From Actinomycetota bacterium (GTDB lineage: Bacteria; Actinomycetota; UBA4738; JACQTL01), in NCBI GenBank assembly GCA_046263085.1, contig JBHELK010000080.1, forward strand, positions 6,852-70,851: a DNA stretch of 64,000 nt, read 5' to 3'. The stretch's first letter is position 1; each line of letters opens with the position of its first letter. A model generated the notes under the pieces. The model had not been told where the DNA came from. It searched no databases and worked only from the letters and a program-made list of their open reading frames with translations. Position numbers and translations under genes: made by a program. This document shows positions 40,266 through 49,478 of the stretch, in pieces.

Positions 40266-40661
40266 TTGCGCCCGATGGACCGGCTCCGCAAATTCGTCAT
40301 CAAGCTGCTCCCCTACCGCATCGTCGAGTGGTATCGCCGCAAGCGATCCATCCGCCGGTACCTCAAGGGGTTGTCGCTCGAGGTGCTCGAACGGGAGCGT
40401 CGACTGGAGCACCTGGAGGGCCGCGTGGCCGCCAGCCAGCGCGGCTTTTACCATCAGATCGTCACGGACGTCCTGGAGCGGACCGATATCATCCTGCAGG
40501 AGCTCGACCGGCGGATCGAGGGCCTGGCGGCCCGGTCCGAGGAGAGCGTGGCCTCGATCGAGTCCCAGGTGCGGACGCTCCGCGACGACGTGTCGCGCCT
40601 CCGCGAGGAGCTCGAGCGGCGCCCGAGCGAAGAGGCGCGGTCCTCGGCCGTCTCCGAGTAG
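40266..40661 (+). CDS. Coiled-coil protein (131 aa), translationally coupled to the downstream GT–DUF4214–methyltransferase gene.
   Basis: Heptad-rich sequence with good GC3 bias. Its stop is 6 nt before the downstream GTG. Confidence 0.55.
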   Translation: MRPMDRLRKFVIKLLPYRIVEWYRRKRSIRRYLKGLSLEVLERERRLEHLEGRVAASQRGFYHQIVTDVLERTDIILQELDRRIEGLAARSEESVASIESQVRTLRDDVSRLREELERRPSEEARSSAVSE

Positions 40662-40666
40662 CGAAC

Positions 40667-42841
40667 GTGCGCGTCGCCTGGTTCACCCCGCTTCCCCCGA
40701 TGCCGTCGGGCATCGCCGACTACTCCTCGGAGATCGTTCCGTACATCGCGGAGCGCGCCGATGTCGACGTCTTCTGCCCTCGGCCCCGACTGTTCCGCCG
40801 GGCCCGGGTGCCGTCGGGAGCGACGCTGCGGGATCCGAAGCGGTGGAACGAGGTGCTCGAGAGGTACGACGCCTGCTTCTACCACCTCGGCAACAACCCG
40901 TATCACGAATTCGTGTACCGCACGGCGAAGGACCGGCCCGGCATCGCGGTATTCCACGACGCCGACCTGCATCACCTCATCGCCCACTCGACGTTCGAGT
41001 CGCGCCGGGACTACGCCGGGTACGAGGAGATCCTCCGGGAGGAGCTCGGCGAACGCGGCGAACGCGTGGCCACGCTCCGGCGCCTCGGCCTGGCCACCGA
41101 GTTCGAGAAGTTCGTGTTCCCCCTGACGGAGCACGTCGCGTCGCGGGCGAAGGGCATCATCGTGCACAGCGAGGACTCCCGCCTGAAGATGCACGAGATC
41201 GCCCCGCACGTGCCGATCTCGGTGATCCCGCACCACGCCGGGGAGCCGCCTGCCGAGGTGCGATCGATCACGCGCGAGGAGGCCCGGCGTCGCCTGGGGA
41301 TCCCGCAGGACGCATTCGTCGTCGGCCACCTCGGGTTCATCACGAAGCCCAAGCAGCCGGGAGCCGTGGTGGGCGGCTTCGCCCGCCTGTACCGGGAGTT
41401 CCCGAACGCGCTGCTGTACATGGTGGGCGCCGATCGCACCGGCGGGGCGCTCTCGAAGCTCGTGCATGACCTGGGGGTTGCGCCTGCCGTGCGGCTCGCC
41501 GGGTACGTGGACCTCGAGCAGTTCTACCTGCACCTCAAAGCGCTCGACGCCATGATCAACCTGCGGTATCCGAGCGCCGGTGAGTCATCCGGGACGTTCG
41601 CCCGGGCGCTGGCCGAGGGACGGTCCGTCATCGTCAACAACTACGGGTCGTTCGCGGAGGTCCCGGGCGACGTCGCCCTCAAGGTGGAGATCGACGCGCC
41701 GCAGCCCGAGCAGGTCGGCGAGCATCTGCTGCACCTGGCGCGGGAGCGGGGGTTCCGGCTGGCCCTCGAGGAGCGGGCCCGTGAGTACGCGGGGCGTGTG
41801 CTCGATCCCAACCGATGCCGCGACCTGTACCTGGCGTTCGGCAAGGAGGTCGGACCGCCGGAGCGCTCGGCGGACGGGCGCCCGCGTCCGCGGCGGCGTG
41901 TGCGGCCGGCCTCGCTCGTGGAAGCCGTGGCCCGCCGGCACCAGGAGATCGATCACGTGACGGAGGCCGAGCGAGCCGCGCTGGGGGCAGCCGGCAATGC
42001 GGTCTTCGTGGATCTTCTGTACCGCTCGGTGCTGCGGCGGGCGGCCGAGGACGACGCGATCCGCGACGCGCACGCCGCGCTCGCGACGGGGGCCCTGACG
42101 CGCTCGGAGCTCGCGCACCGGGTCGCGTCGAGCCGCGAGTTCGCAGAGGTCCGCTTGCTCGACGACCTGATCCGGGAGGTCCGGACGGGCGCGGGGGTGT
42201 CGTTCAACCGACCCATCGGAGCGGACACGACCGAGCGGGTGGTGGAGATCCCGTGGATGCTGTCGCGGCGCCGGGACGCGTCGCGCGTCCTCGACGTGGG
42301 CTACGCGTTCGCGTCGCATGTCTGGACGAGCGCCCTGCTCGACCTGGGGATCCCGTCACTGCACGGCCTCGATCCGACGGCGGCGACGGTGCCCGGCATG
42401 CGACGGGTCCGGGGCGACGTCCGCGGCCTCCCATACCGCGACGGCTCGTTCGACCTCGTGTACTGCGTTTCGACGCTGGAGCACGTCGGGCGAACGGGCT
42501 ACGGGCTCGAGAAGCAGGGGGGCAACTCGGACGACGCGGCCGCGAAGCGCTCGCTGGTGGAGCTCGCACGCGTGCTGGCGCCGGGAGGACGCCTCCTGCT
42601 CTCGGTGCCGTTCGGGAAGCGCGAGGACCTCGGCTGGATGCTCCAGTACGACGAGGACGCATGGGGGTCGCTCGTCGAGAGCGGCCCGATGACGGTCGAG
42701 GAGCGGGAGATCTTCCGCCTGACGCCGGCGGGGTGGGTCCAGACAGACGACCTACGCGAAGTGCTCGGGCTCTCCTATGGTGACGGCGCGCCGGCGGCCC
42801 AGGCAGTGCTCTGCGCGACACTGGTACGCCGAACGCGCTAG
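40667..42841 (+). CDS. Multidomain GT4 glycosyltransferase – DUF4214 – SAM-methyltransferase-like protein (724 aa).
   Basis: GT-B fold in the N-terminal 400 aa. DUF4214-like LLYRSVLRRAAEDDAIRDAHAALATG...ELAHRVASSREF. C-terminal methyltransferase fold (VLDVGYAF...LVYCVSTLEHV...LAPGGRLLLSVP). GTG start. Confidence 0.75.
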   Translation: MRVAWFTPLPPMPSGIADYSSEIVPYIAERADVDVFCPRPRLFRRARVPSGATLRDPKRWNEVLERYDACFYHLGNNPYHEFVYRTAKDRPGIAVFHDADLHHLIAHSTFESRRDYAGYEEILREELGERGERVATLRRLGLATEFEKFVFPLTEHVASRAKGIIVHSEDSRLKMHEIAPHVPISVIPHHAGEPPAEVRSITREEARRRLGIPQDAFVVGHLGFITKPKQPGAVVGGFARLYREFPNALLYMVGADRTGGALSKLVHDLGVAPAVRLAGYVDLEQFYLHLKALDAMINLRYPSAGESSGTFARALAEGRSVIVNNYGSFAEVPGDVALKVEIDAPQPEQVGEHLLHLARERGFRLALEERAREYAGRVLDPNRCRDLYLAFGKEVGPPERSADGRPRPRRRVRPASLVEAVARRHQEIDHVTEAERAALGAAGNAVFVDLLYRSVLRRAAEDDAIRDAHAALATGALTRSELAHRVASSREFAEVRLLDDLIREVRTGAGVSFNRPIGADTTERVVEIPWMLSRRRDASRVLDVGYAFASHVWTSALLDLGIPSLHGLDPTAATVPGMRRVRGDVRGLPYRDGSFDLVYCVSTLEHVGRTGYGLEKQGGNSDDAAAKRSLVELARVLAPGGRLLLSVPFGKREDLGWMLQYDEDAWGSLVESGPMTVEEREIFRLTPAGWVQTDDLREVLGLSYGDGAPAAQAVLCATLVRRTR

Positions 42842-44223
42842 CAGCCCGCGTTCGTCCCACCCTCGGATGGACCCTGCGTCGGCAACGGCGTGATCGGCGG
42901 ACCGTGATAAGTCGAGGGGATCACCACGGCGATGTCGGTGTCCGGGAGCACGGCGTCCTTCACCTCATGCTGTCCGAGCGTCGGCAGGAACGCGTGCGCC
43001 ACCTTGGCCATGGGCTCGGTGTCCGCCTTGTAGAGCAAGGCCGCGCCGCGGGATTTGGCCTTGAGACCGGCGATCGAGCTCAGCCCCTGGACGTCGAACG
43101 AGGTCGTGAGGTAGTCGAGCACCTGCTGCGCCACGCCTCCGGAGGAGTCGTCGAAGACGCGGATCTTGATCTGGGCTGGCGATGGCGGTGTGAGCGCGAG
43201 AGTCCGCCCGATGTCGCCGAGATGCGGGTTGCCGTTGCGCAGCCGCTTGAACAGCTTCCTGGCCTCCGGGTCCATCTTCACCACGCTCTGCCCGGTGGAG
43301 ATCGTCGCGGTGGTCCCGGGGACGGCCCGGAAGTCCGCCGCACCGGTGCTCACGCCCTTGAGCTCGGAGGTGAGGTGGATCAGGTCGGCGAGGTTGAGGT
43401 TGTCGACGGTGAGGTTCTCGGCGACGGCCTGGATCAGGGAGGCCGCGTGCACGATCTGCCCCGGCGAGAGCACCTTCGCGATCACGGCGCGCAGGAACTG
43501 CTGCTGCCGCGCGATCCGTGAGAAGTCGGGGATACAGTCGCCCTCGACGTGGCGTGAGCGCACGAACGCCAGGGCCTGGAACCCGTCGAGGTCGTAGCAC
43601 CCCGCGTGCGGCAGGTTAAGACTCGTGAGCTCGTCGAACATCGGACGGTCCACACAGATCGGCACGCCACCCAGGGCGTCGACGACCTTCTCGAATCCGG
43701 CGAGGTTCACCCCGGCGAACCCGTTGATGCGCAGGCCCGTGAGGTTCTCCAGCGTGAGCGCCACCCGGCCCGGGCCGCCGGCGTACGCCGACGTCAGCTT
43801 GTCCCACCCCTGGTGCGGGATGTTCACGTAGAGGTCGCGAGGGAAGGACAGGATCACGGCTTGCTTCCGTGTGGAGTCGAGGTGGACCAGCATGATCGTG
43901 TCGGAGCGGTGGCCGCCGACGTCGGACTCGCTGCCCCACATGACCTGCTCGCCCTCCGTCAGTCCGACCCTCGAGTCGCTCCCGAGGAGGAGGTAGTTGC
44001 ACCCGTTCCGGCAGGGCAGCTGTCCGATGTTCCTGTAGTCGTGCCTGTGGAACTTGCTGTTGGCCCACTGGTAGAAGCCGAAGCCGTAGGCCGCACCGGC
44101 AGCCACGATCAGCGACATGAACGCGAGGATCGCCACGAGGGCCCGGGTCGCGAGAGGCGGACGACGCGGTCGGGAGCGGACCGGCTGCTCCCGCACGGGG
44201 GGCTCTTGGATAGTCTTGGCCAC
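42838..44223 (-). CDS. LytR-CpsA-Psr (LCP) family glycopolymer–peptidoglycan ligase with a C-terminal LytR_C domain.
   Basis: N-terminal TM helix, then LCP core (NYLLLGSDSR...DTIMLVHL...SFPRD). Confidence 0.88.
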   Translation of the reverse strand: MAKTIQEPPVREQPVRSRPRRPPLATRALVAILAFMSLIVAAGAAYGFGFYQWANSKFHRHDYRNIGQLPCRNGCNYLLLGSDSRVGLTEGEQVMWGSESDVGGHRSDTIMLVHLDSTRKQAVILSFPRDLYVNIPHQGWDKLTSAYAGGPGRVALTLENLTGLRINGFAGVNLAGFEKVVDALGGVPICVDRPMFDELTSLNLPHAGCYDLDGFQALAFVRSRHVEGDCIPDFSRIARQQQFLRAVIAKVLSPGQIVHAASLIQAVAENLTVDNLNLADLIHLTSELKGVSTGAADFRAVPGTTATISTGQSVVKMDPEARKLFKRLRNGNPHLGDIGRTLALTPPSPAQIKIRVFDDSSGGVAQQVLDYLTTSFDVQGLSSIAGLKAKSRGAALLYKADTEPMAKVAHAFLPTLGQHEVKDAVLPDTDIAVVIPSTYHGPPITPLPTQGPSEGGTNAGC

Positions 44224-44270
44224 GGCGCCACCAGGGTACCGACCCGGCCGGGAAAGGGAGCGTTCGTGTC

Positions 44271-46217
44271 GTGACGATCGTGTGGAGACCGTCCGGGGAG
44301 TACGTGGAGCGCGCGAACGTCACCCGGTTCATGCGTGCGCACGGCATCGGGTCCTACGACGAGCTCGTGAAGCGATCCCAGGACGACATCGAGTGGTTCT
44401 GGGATGCCGTGGTCCGGGATCTCGGCATCGAGTTCACGAAGCCCTACGAGCGCGTGCTCGATACCTCGGACGGCGTCCCGTGGGCGAAGTGGTTCGTCGG
44501 AGGTGAGATCAACCTCGCGCACAACTGCGTGGACAAGTGGGCCGAGCGCAGCCCCGACGCTCCGGCGGTGATCTGGGAAGGCGAGGACGGCGCCGTTCGC
44601 ACGGTTCCCTACGCCGAGCTGCGGGAGATGGCGGACCGCCTGGCGCACGGCCTCGTCGAGCTCGGTGTGCGCAAGGGCGACGCGGTCGGCATCTTCATGC
44701 CGATGGCGCCGGAGACGGTCTTCGCCACGCTGGCGTGCGCGAAGCTCGGCGCGATCTACCTCCCCATCTTCTCGGGCTACGGCGCGGACGCCGTCGCCAC
44801 GCGCCTGCAGGACGCGAAGGCCAAGGTGGTCCTCACCGCCGATGGATTCCTCCGGCGAGGCAGCACGGTCGGCATGAAGGAGATCGCCGATGAGGCGGCG
44901 AGATCGACGCCGAGCGTCGAGCACGTCGTGGTGTGGTCGCGCCTCGGCCGAGAGGACATCCAGTGGGACCCCTCGCGCGACGTCCGATGGGAGGAGCTGC
45001 TCGAACGACAGCCCGCGCGGTTCGAGACGATCGCCCTCGATCCGGAGACGCCGCTGATGATCGCCTATACGTCGGGCACGACCGGAAGGCCGAAGGGCTC
45101 GGTGCACGTGCACGGCGGGTTCCTGGTGAAGATCGCGGAGGAGGTCGCGTACCAGACCGACCTGCATCCCGGGGAGATCCTGTTCTGGGTCACCGATCTC
45201 GGCTGGATCATGGGGCCGTGGGAAGTGGTCGGTGCCGGAGCGCTCGGCGCCACCGTCTTCCTGTACGAGGGCGCGCCGAACCATCCAGGACCGGATCGCA
45301 TCTGGGACATGATCGAGCGCCATCGCATCACGACGCTCGGCGTCTCCCCCACCCTGATCCGGGCGCTGATCCCGCAGGGGGACGAGCACGTCACGAGGCA
45401 CGACCTGAGCAGCCTGCGGATCATCGGATCGACCGGTGAGCCGTGGAACCCCGAGCCGTACCTGTGGACGCTCGAGAAGGTCGGCGGCGGGCGGTGCCCG
45501 ATCATCAACATCTCCGGTGGCACCGAGGTCGGCGCGTGCTTCCTGTCGCCGCTCCCCATCACCGAGCTGAAGGCGTGCACCCTGCGCGGGCCGGCGCTCG
45601 GCATGGACGTCGACGTGTGGGGCCCGGACGGGCAGCCGGTCGCCCCCGGCGAGGTCGGGGAGCTCGTGTGCAAGAAGCCGTGGCCTGCCATGACGCGCGG
45701 CGTGTGGGGGGATCCCGAGCGCTACCTCGACGCGTACTGGCGCCGTTTCCCCGACGTGTGGGTCCACGGCGACTGGGCCACGATCGACGAGGACGGCTTC
45801 TGGTTCCTCCACGGCCGCAGCGACGACACGATGAACATCGCCGGCAAGCGGCTCGGCCCGGCCGAGGTGGAGTCGGCGCTGATCGACCACCCGGCCGTCG
45901 CCGAGTCGGCGGCGGTCGGCGTCCCGCACGACGTGAAGGGCGAGACCATCTGGTGCTTCGTCGTGACGAAGCCCGGCTACGACCACGGCGAACCCCTTGC
46001 CCTCGAGCTGTCCGCGATCGTGGCCGACCATCTCGGCAAGTCGTTCAGGCCGGGGCGGATCGTGTTCGTCGACGAGCTCCCGAAGACCCGCTCCGCCAAG
46101 ATCGTCCGCCGCGCCATCCGGGCGGCCGTCCTCCAGGAGGACCCCGGGGATCTGTCGAGCCTCGAGAACCCCTCGGCGCTCGAGAAGCTCCGGGCGTCCC
46201 TGGTCGAAAAGGCGTGA
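44271..46217 (+). CDS. AMP-forming acyl/acetyl-CoA synthetase family protein (acetoacetyl/propionyl-CoA synthetase-like).
   Basis: AMP-binding motif IAYTSGTTGRPKG. 648 aa with an Acs-like N-terminal extension. Confidence 0.85.
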   Translation: MTIVWRPSGEYVERANVTRFMRAHGIGSYDELVKRSQDDIEWFWDAVVRDLGIEFTKPYERVLDTSDGVPWAKWFVGGEINLAHNCVDKWAERSPDAPAVIWEGEDGAVRTVPYAELREMADRLAHGLVELGVRKGDAVGIFMPMAPETVFATLACAKLGAIYLPIFSGYGADAVATRLQDAKAKVVLTADGFLRRGSTVGMKEIADEAARSTPSVEHVVVWSRLGREDIQWDPSRDVRWEELLERQPARFETIALDPETPLMIAYTSGTTGRPKGSVHVHGGFLVKIAEEVAYQTDLHPGEILFWVTDLGWIMGPWEVVGAGALGATVFLYEGAPNHPGPDRIWDMIERHRITTLGVSPTLIRALIPQGDEHVTRHDLSSLRIIGSTGEPWNPEPYLWTLEKVGGGRCPIINISGGTEVGACFLSPLPITELKACTLRGPALGMDVDVWGPDGQPVAPGEVGELVCKKPWPAMTRGVWGDPERYLDAYWRRFPDVWVHGDWATIDEDGFWFLHGRSDDTMNIAGKRLGPAEVESALIDHPAVAESAAVGVPHDVKGETIWCFVVTKPGYDHGEPLALELSAIVADHLGKSFRPGRIVFVDELPKTRSAKIVRRAIRAAVLQEDPGDLSSLENPSALEKLRASLVEKA

Positions 46218-46271
46218 TCCGATCGCCGCGCCACTGCGAATCCCTGGAGGCCCATCGCGGCCGGCTGGAGG

Positions 46272-46913
46272 ATGTCCGTGTCCCTGCACCTGGTCGAATC
46301 GCCGCCCCCCGGGGAGCCCGGCGTGCAGCTTGACGAGGGACTCGCCGACCTCTCGGATTCGCGCGACCGGGAGCTGATCCGCCGGATCCGCCGAGGCGAC
46401 GCCGAGGCGTTCCGAACCCTGTTCCGCCGGTACGCGCCCGCCGCCCTCGGCCTGGCCCGCCGGGTGGTGCGCCAGCCGCACCTCGCCGAGGAGATCGCGC
46501 AGGAGGCCTTCCTCGCCGTGTGGCGCAAGCCGGAGGGCTTCGACCCCGTCCGAGGGACCGTGCGCTCGTGGTTCATGGGCGCCGTGCACAATCGCGCCGT
46601 CGATGCGGTTCGCCGCGAGGAGGCGCAGCGCCGCAGGGCCGAGGAGGCCTCCGCCGACCCGGACCTCGAGCCCGTCGACCCGGGATCCTCGGTGGTGGAG
46701 GAGCTCGGCCTGTTCCAGGAACGCCTCGCCGTCCGGGAGGCCCTCGGGAAGCTGCCGCCGGAGCAGCTTCGGGTCATCGAGCTGATGTATTTCGGAGGTC
46801 AGTCCCAGTCGCGGATCGCCGCGCTCCTCGACCTGCCCCTCGGCACCGTGAAGTCCCGGACCCTCCTGGCCATGCGCCGGCTGCGCGCCGAGCTGTTGAA
46901 GCGGGAACGATGA
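46272..46913 (+). CDS. ECF (group IV) sigma-70 family RNA polymerase sigma factor.
   Basis: Region 2 (FRTLFRRYAPAALGLARRVV) and region 4 HTH (QSQSRIAALLDLPLGTVKSR). Confidence 0.88.
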   Translation: MSVSLHLVESPPPGEPGVQLDEGLADLSDSRDRELIRRIRRGDAEAFRTLFRRYAPAALGLARRVVRQPHLAEEIAQEAFLAVWRKPEGFDPVRGTVRSWFMGAVHNRAVDAVRREEAQRRRAEEASADPDLEPVDPGSSVVEELGLFQERLAVREALGKLPPEQLRVIELMYFGGQSQSRIAALLDLPLGTVKSRTLLAMRRLRAELLKRER

Positions 46914-47623
46914 GCGAGGGCGAACGCGATCACACGCGCATCGAGGAGCTGATCGCGCTGCGCTCCCTGGGCGGGGCGGAGACCGGCGACGAGCAGGAAC
47001 TGACTCGTCTGCTCGCCGAGCATGGGCCGATGTGCCGGGAGTGCGCGCGTCTCACGGCCGAATACGACGAGGTGGCCGGCCGGCTGGCCTTCGCGGCGGC
47101 CCCGGAGGAGGTCCCGGAGGGCATGGAGGACCGCGTCGTCGATCTCGCCGTGAGCTCGCGGAGACGCGTTCGCGGCATCCGGAGCGCCGGGGTCGCGGCT
47201 GCGGCGGCCGTGCTGCTCCTGGCGGGAGGCATCGGCGGCTACCTGATGGCGCCATCCTTCTCATCCGGCCGGACGCATGCCGCGGTTGGCTACCTGTCGG
47301 CCCCCGATGTGCGGATCGCGACCCTGCACGGATCGGGAACGGGCACCGTGAATCTGGCGTACCGCCCCGGTTCTCAGGCGTCCTACCTGCTGGCTTCGGG
47401 TCTCCCCGACGCGCCGGCCGGCCATGTGTACGAGGTCTGGCTCTTCCACGGGAACATGCCGCAGCGCGCCGCGGTGTTCGTGCCGGACGGCGGGGATGCG
47501 GTGGAGCGCGTCGGCATGGACGCGGGGACGGCGAGCCTCGTTGCGATCACGATCGAGCGGGCTCCCGGCGCCGACACGCCACACGGAGTCGGGATCTTCC
47601 AGGCCCCCATCGCAACGCAGTAG
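46910..47623 (+). CDS. Anti-sigma factor, ZAS-type N-terminus (H-x3-C-x2-C) with a single TM helix and an RskA-like extracytoplasmic domain.
   Basis: Its ATG overlaps the sigma stop (ATGA). HGPMCRECARL motif, then TM helix VAAAAAVLLLAGGIGGYL. Confidence 0.75.
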   Translation: MSEGERDHTRIEELIALRSLGGAETGDEQELTRLLAEHGPMCRECARLTAEYDEVAGRLAFAAAPEEVPEGMEDRVVDLAVSSRRRVRGIRSAGVAAAAAVLLLAGGIGGYLMAPSFSSGRTHAAVGYLSAPDVRIATLHGSGTGTVNLAYRPGSQASYLLASGLPDAPAGHVYEVWLFHGNMPQRAAVFVPDGGDAVERVGMDAGTASLVAITIERAPGADTPHGVGIFQAPIATQ

Positions 47624-47676
47624 CCCGGGCCGCTGCGTTCGGCTCGGGGCGCCTGCCTGCGTTCGGCTGAGCTCGC

Positions 47677-48012
47677 TCAGTTCGGGAGGCTCGGCTCGTT
47701 GCCCTCGAGGCCGTCAAGGCAGCCGAGCTCCCCCGCCCCGCGAGCGGCAGGGACGAAGTCCCGGCGAGCGAAGGCGGCCGCCACATCGCTCGTCGCGGTC
47801 GACCCGATGCCCAACCGTTCGGCGAGCGCTTCGACACTTCTGCCGGAACACGCCTCGTACGAGAGGGCGTAGGCGTTCGCGCGCAGCGAGCCGGAGGGGA
47901 TCAGTCGCACCGCTCCGGCACGGTCGCCGGTGTCGTGGGTCGTCGAGCCCTCGCCGGGCGAGCACGAGCACAGCGCGACCGCGACCCCCAGGACTCCCAG
48001 AAGCTTCCTCAT
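47677..48012 (-). CDS. Small lipoprotein (111 aa).
   Basis: MRKLLGVLGVAVALCSCS lipobox. GAGAGGAGAGGA Shine-Dalgarno sequence upstream. Confidence 0.6.
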   Translation of the reverse strand: MRKLLGVLGVAVALCSCSPGEGSTTHDTGDRAGAVRLIPSGSLRANAYALSYEACSGRSVEALAERLGIGSTATSDVAAAFARRDFVPAARGAGELGCLDGLEGNEPSLPN

Positions 48013-48029
48013 GATCCTCTCCTCTCTGC

Positions 48030-49478
48030 TCAGATCTGCACGGATGCCCTGATCACCAGGAACAGCCCCATCGCGGAGATCGCTCCGGCGCTCGCCATGG
48101 AGAGCGCCCGAATGCCGACGGGACGCAGGTGCCGGGCCACGAGGCTCCGGGCTCGCAGTGCAAGCAGGCCGGCCCCGATGAGCGCCGCGGCCAGGCCCAC
48201 GCTGAATGCGGCGACGAGCGCCAGGCCGAACGCGGTGCGGCCCGTCCCGATGCTCGACAGGAGCACGACGAGCGCGGTCGGCGACGGCAGCAGACCGCCC
48301 GAGACGGCGAGTGCCGCGATCCCCTTGCGCGAAAGCGGCCGATCGGGGACGGGATGGGAATGAACGCCGGCTCCGTGGCCGTGCCCCTGCCCGTGCCCGT
48401 GCCCCTGCCCGTGCCCCTGCCGCTGCCCGGCGTCCCGCCTTCGGGCACGGGTCACGAAGAGGCTCGCCCCGAGAGCGAGGACCACGACGCCCGAAGCGAG
48501 CCCGAGCCAGTGGTAGACGTGCTCGGGAGCGAAGACACGCTGCGCCGAGAGGATGGCGGCGCCCAGTCCCAGGACCGCCGCGGTGTGCATGAAGGCGACG
48601 GCGATCCCGGCCGCGACCACCTGGCGAAGCTCCGCCCCCGCCCCGACGACGTATGCGGCGACGATGGTCTTGCCGTGTCCGGGCAGGAGCGCGTGCCCGG
48701 CACCGAAGGCGAAGGCGAGCAGGAGCGCCAGGAGGAAGGCACCGGCCGACAACCCGGACCACGTGGCGAGACGCGCGAACGCCCCGCCCGAGACATCGGA
48801 CCGGCTCGAGGTCGCCCCCCGGTCGGTCACCGCGCTCCCCGCGGGACTGCTGCTAGTCCCGGGCTCGAACGACACCCGGGCCGACGTCACCCGGAGCGGA
48901 TCCGACAACAGCGACGTCGGGTATCGGAGGAGCGCGTCGCTCACGCTGGCCGAGGGGACGGAGGAGGAGGTCACGGCCTCGCCGTCCGCCCCGACAGCGG
49001 TGATCTCCCGCCAACCGATCCGGTCGGCGGCGTTCGCGTCGCGATACTCGATCACGCCGAAGCGCGGAAGCGCTGCGCTGAGCGTGGCTTCCAGCCGGAG
49101 GATCGGCAGGCCACCCTGGCCCGGACGGAAGCGCATCGACGACCGAACGGCCTCCAGTGGGACCCGGTGGCCGTCTCGGGTCAGGGTGATTCCGCCCACG
49201 AGCTGCTCCGTCTTCCGCGCGGCGTAGGCGGAACGTTCCGACGCGGACGTGCTTCCGTCGCCGTTCGTGTCGACGAGCGGCTTCTCCTGGAACGTGGGGA
49301 TCTCCGCCATGTCGAGCACGTAACGCACACGCAGCTGCCCCGGCTCCACGATCAGCCCGCTGTACAGGTTGACGGTGAAGTTCCCCAGCGGATGGGCGTG
49401 AGCCGGCGGAGCGGCGCCCAGGGCCATCCCGGCCAGGGCGAGCGCCGCGACCACCGCGAGCCGGACGCCGTACCTCAT
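48030..49478 (-). CDS. RcnA/NicO-family Ni/Co transporter with an extra N-terminal periplasmic domain of about 230 aa.
   Basis: GHALLPGHGKT (cf. E. coli RcnA HGLEPGHSKT), His-rich loop GHGQGHGHGQGHGHG, and GLLPSPTALVVLL. Signal peptide present. The N-terminal domain begins HPLGNFTVNLY. Confidence 0.75.
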   Translation of the reverse strand: MRYGVRLAVVAALALAGMALGAAPPAHAHPLGNFTVNLYSGLIVEPGQLRVRYVLDMAEIPTFQEKPLVDTNGDGSTSASERSAYAARKTEQLVGGITLTRDGHRVPLEAVRSSMRFRPGQGGLPILRLEATLSAALPRFGVIEYRDANAADRIGWREITAVGADGEAVTSSSVPSASVSDALLRYPTSLLSDPLRVTSARVSFEPGTSSSPAGSAVTDRGATSSRSDVSGGAFARLATWSGLSAGAFLLALLLAFAFGAGHALLPGHGKTIVAAYVVGAGAELRQVVAAGIAVAFMHTAAVLGLGAAILSAQRVFAPEHVYHWLGLASGVVVLALGASLFVTRARRRDAGQRQGHGQGHGHGQGHGHGAGVHSHPVPDRPLSRKGIAALAVSGGLLPSPTALVVLLSSIGTGRTAFGLALVAAFSVGLAAALIGAGLLALRARSLVARHLRPVGIRALSMASAGAISAMGLFLVIRASVQI

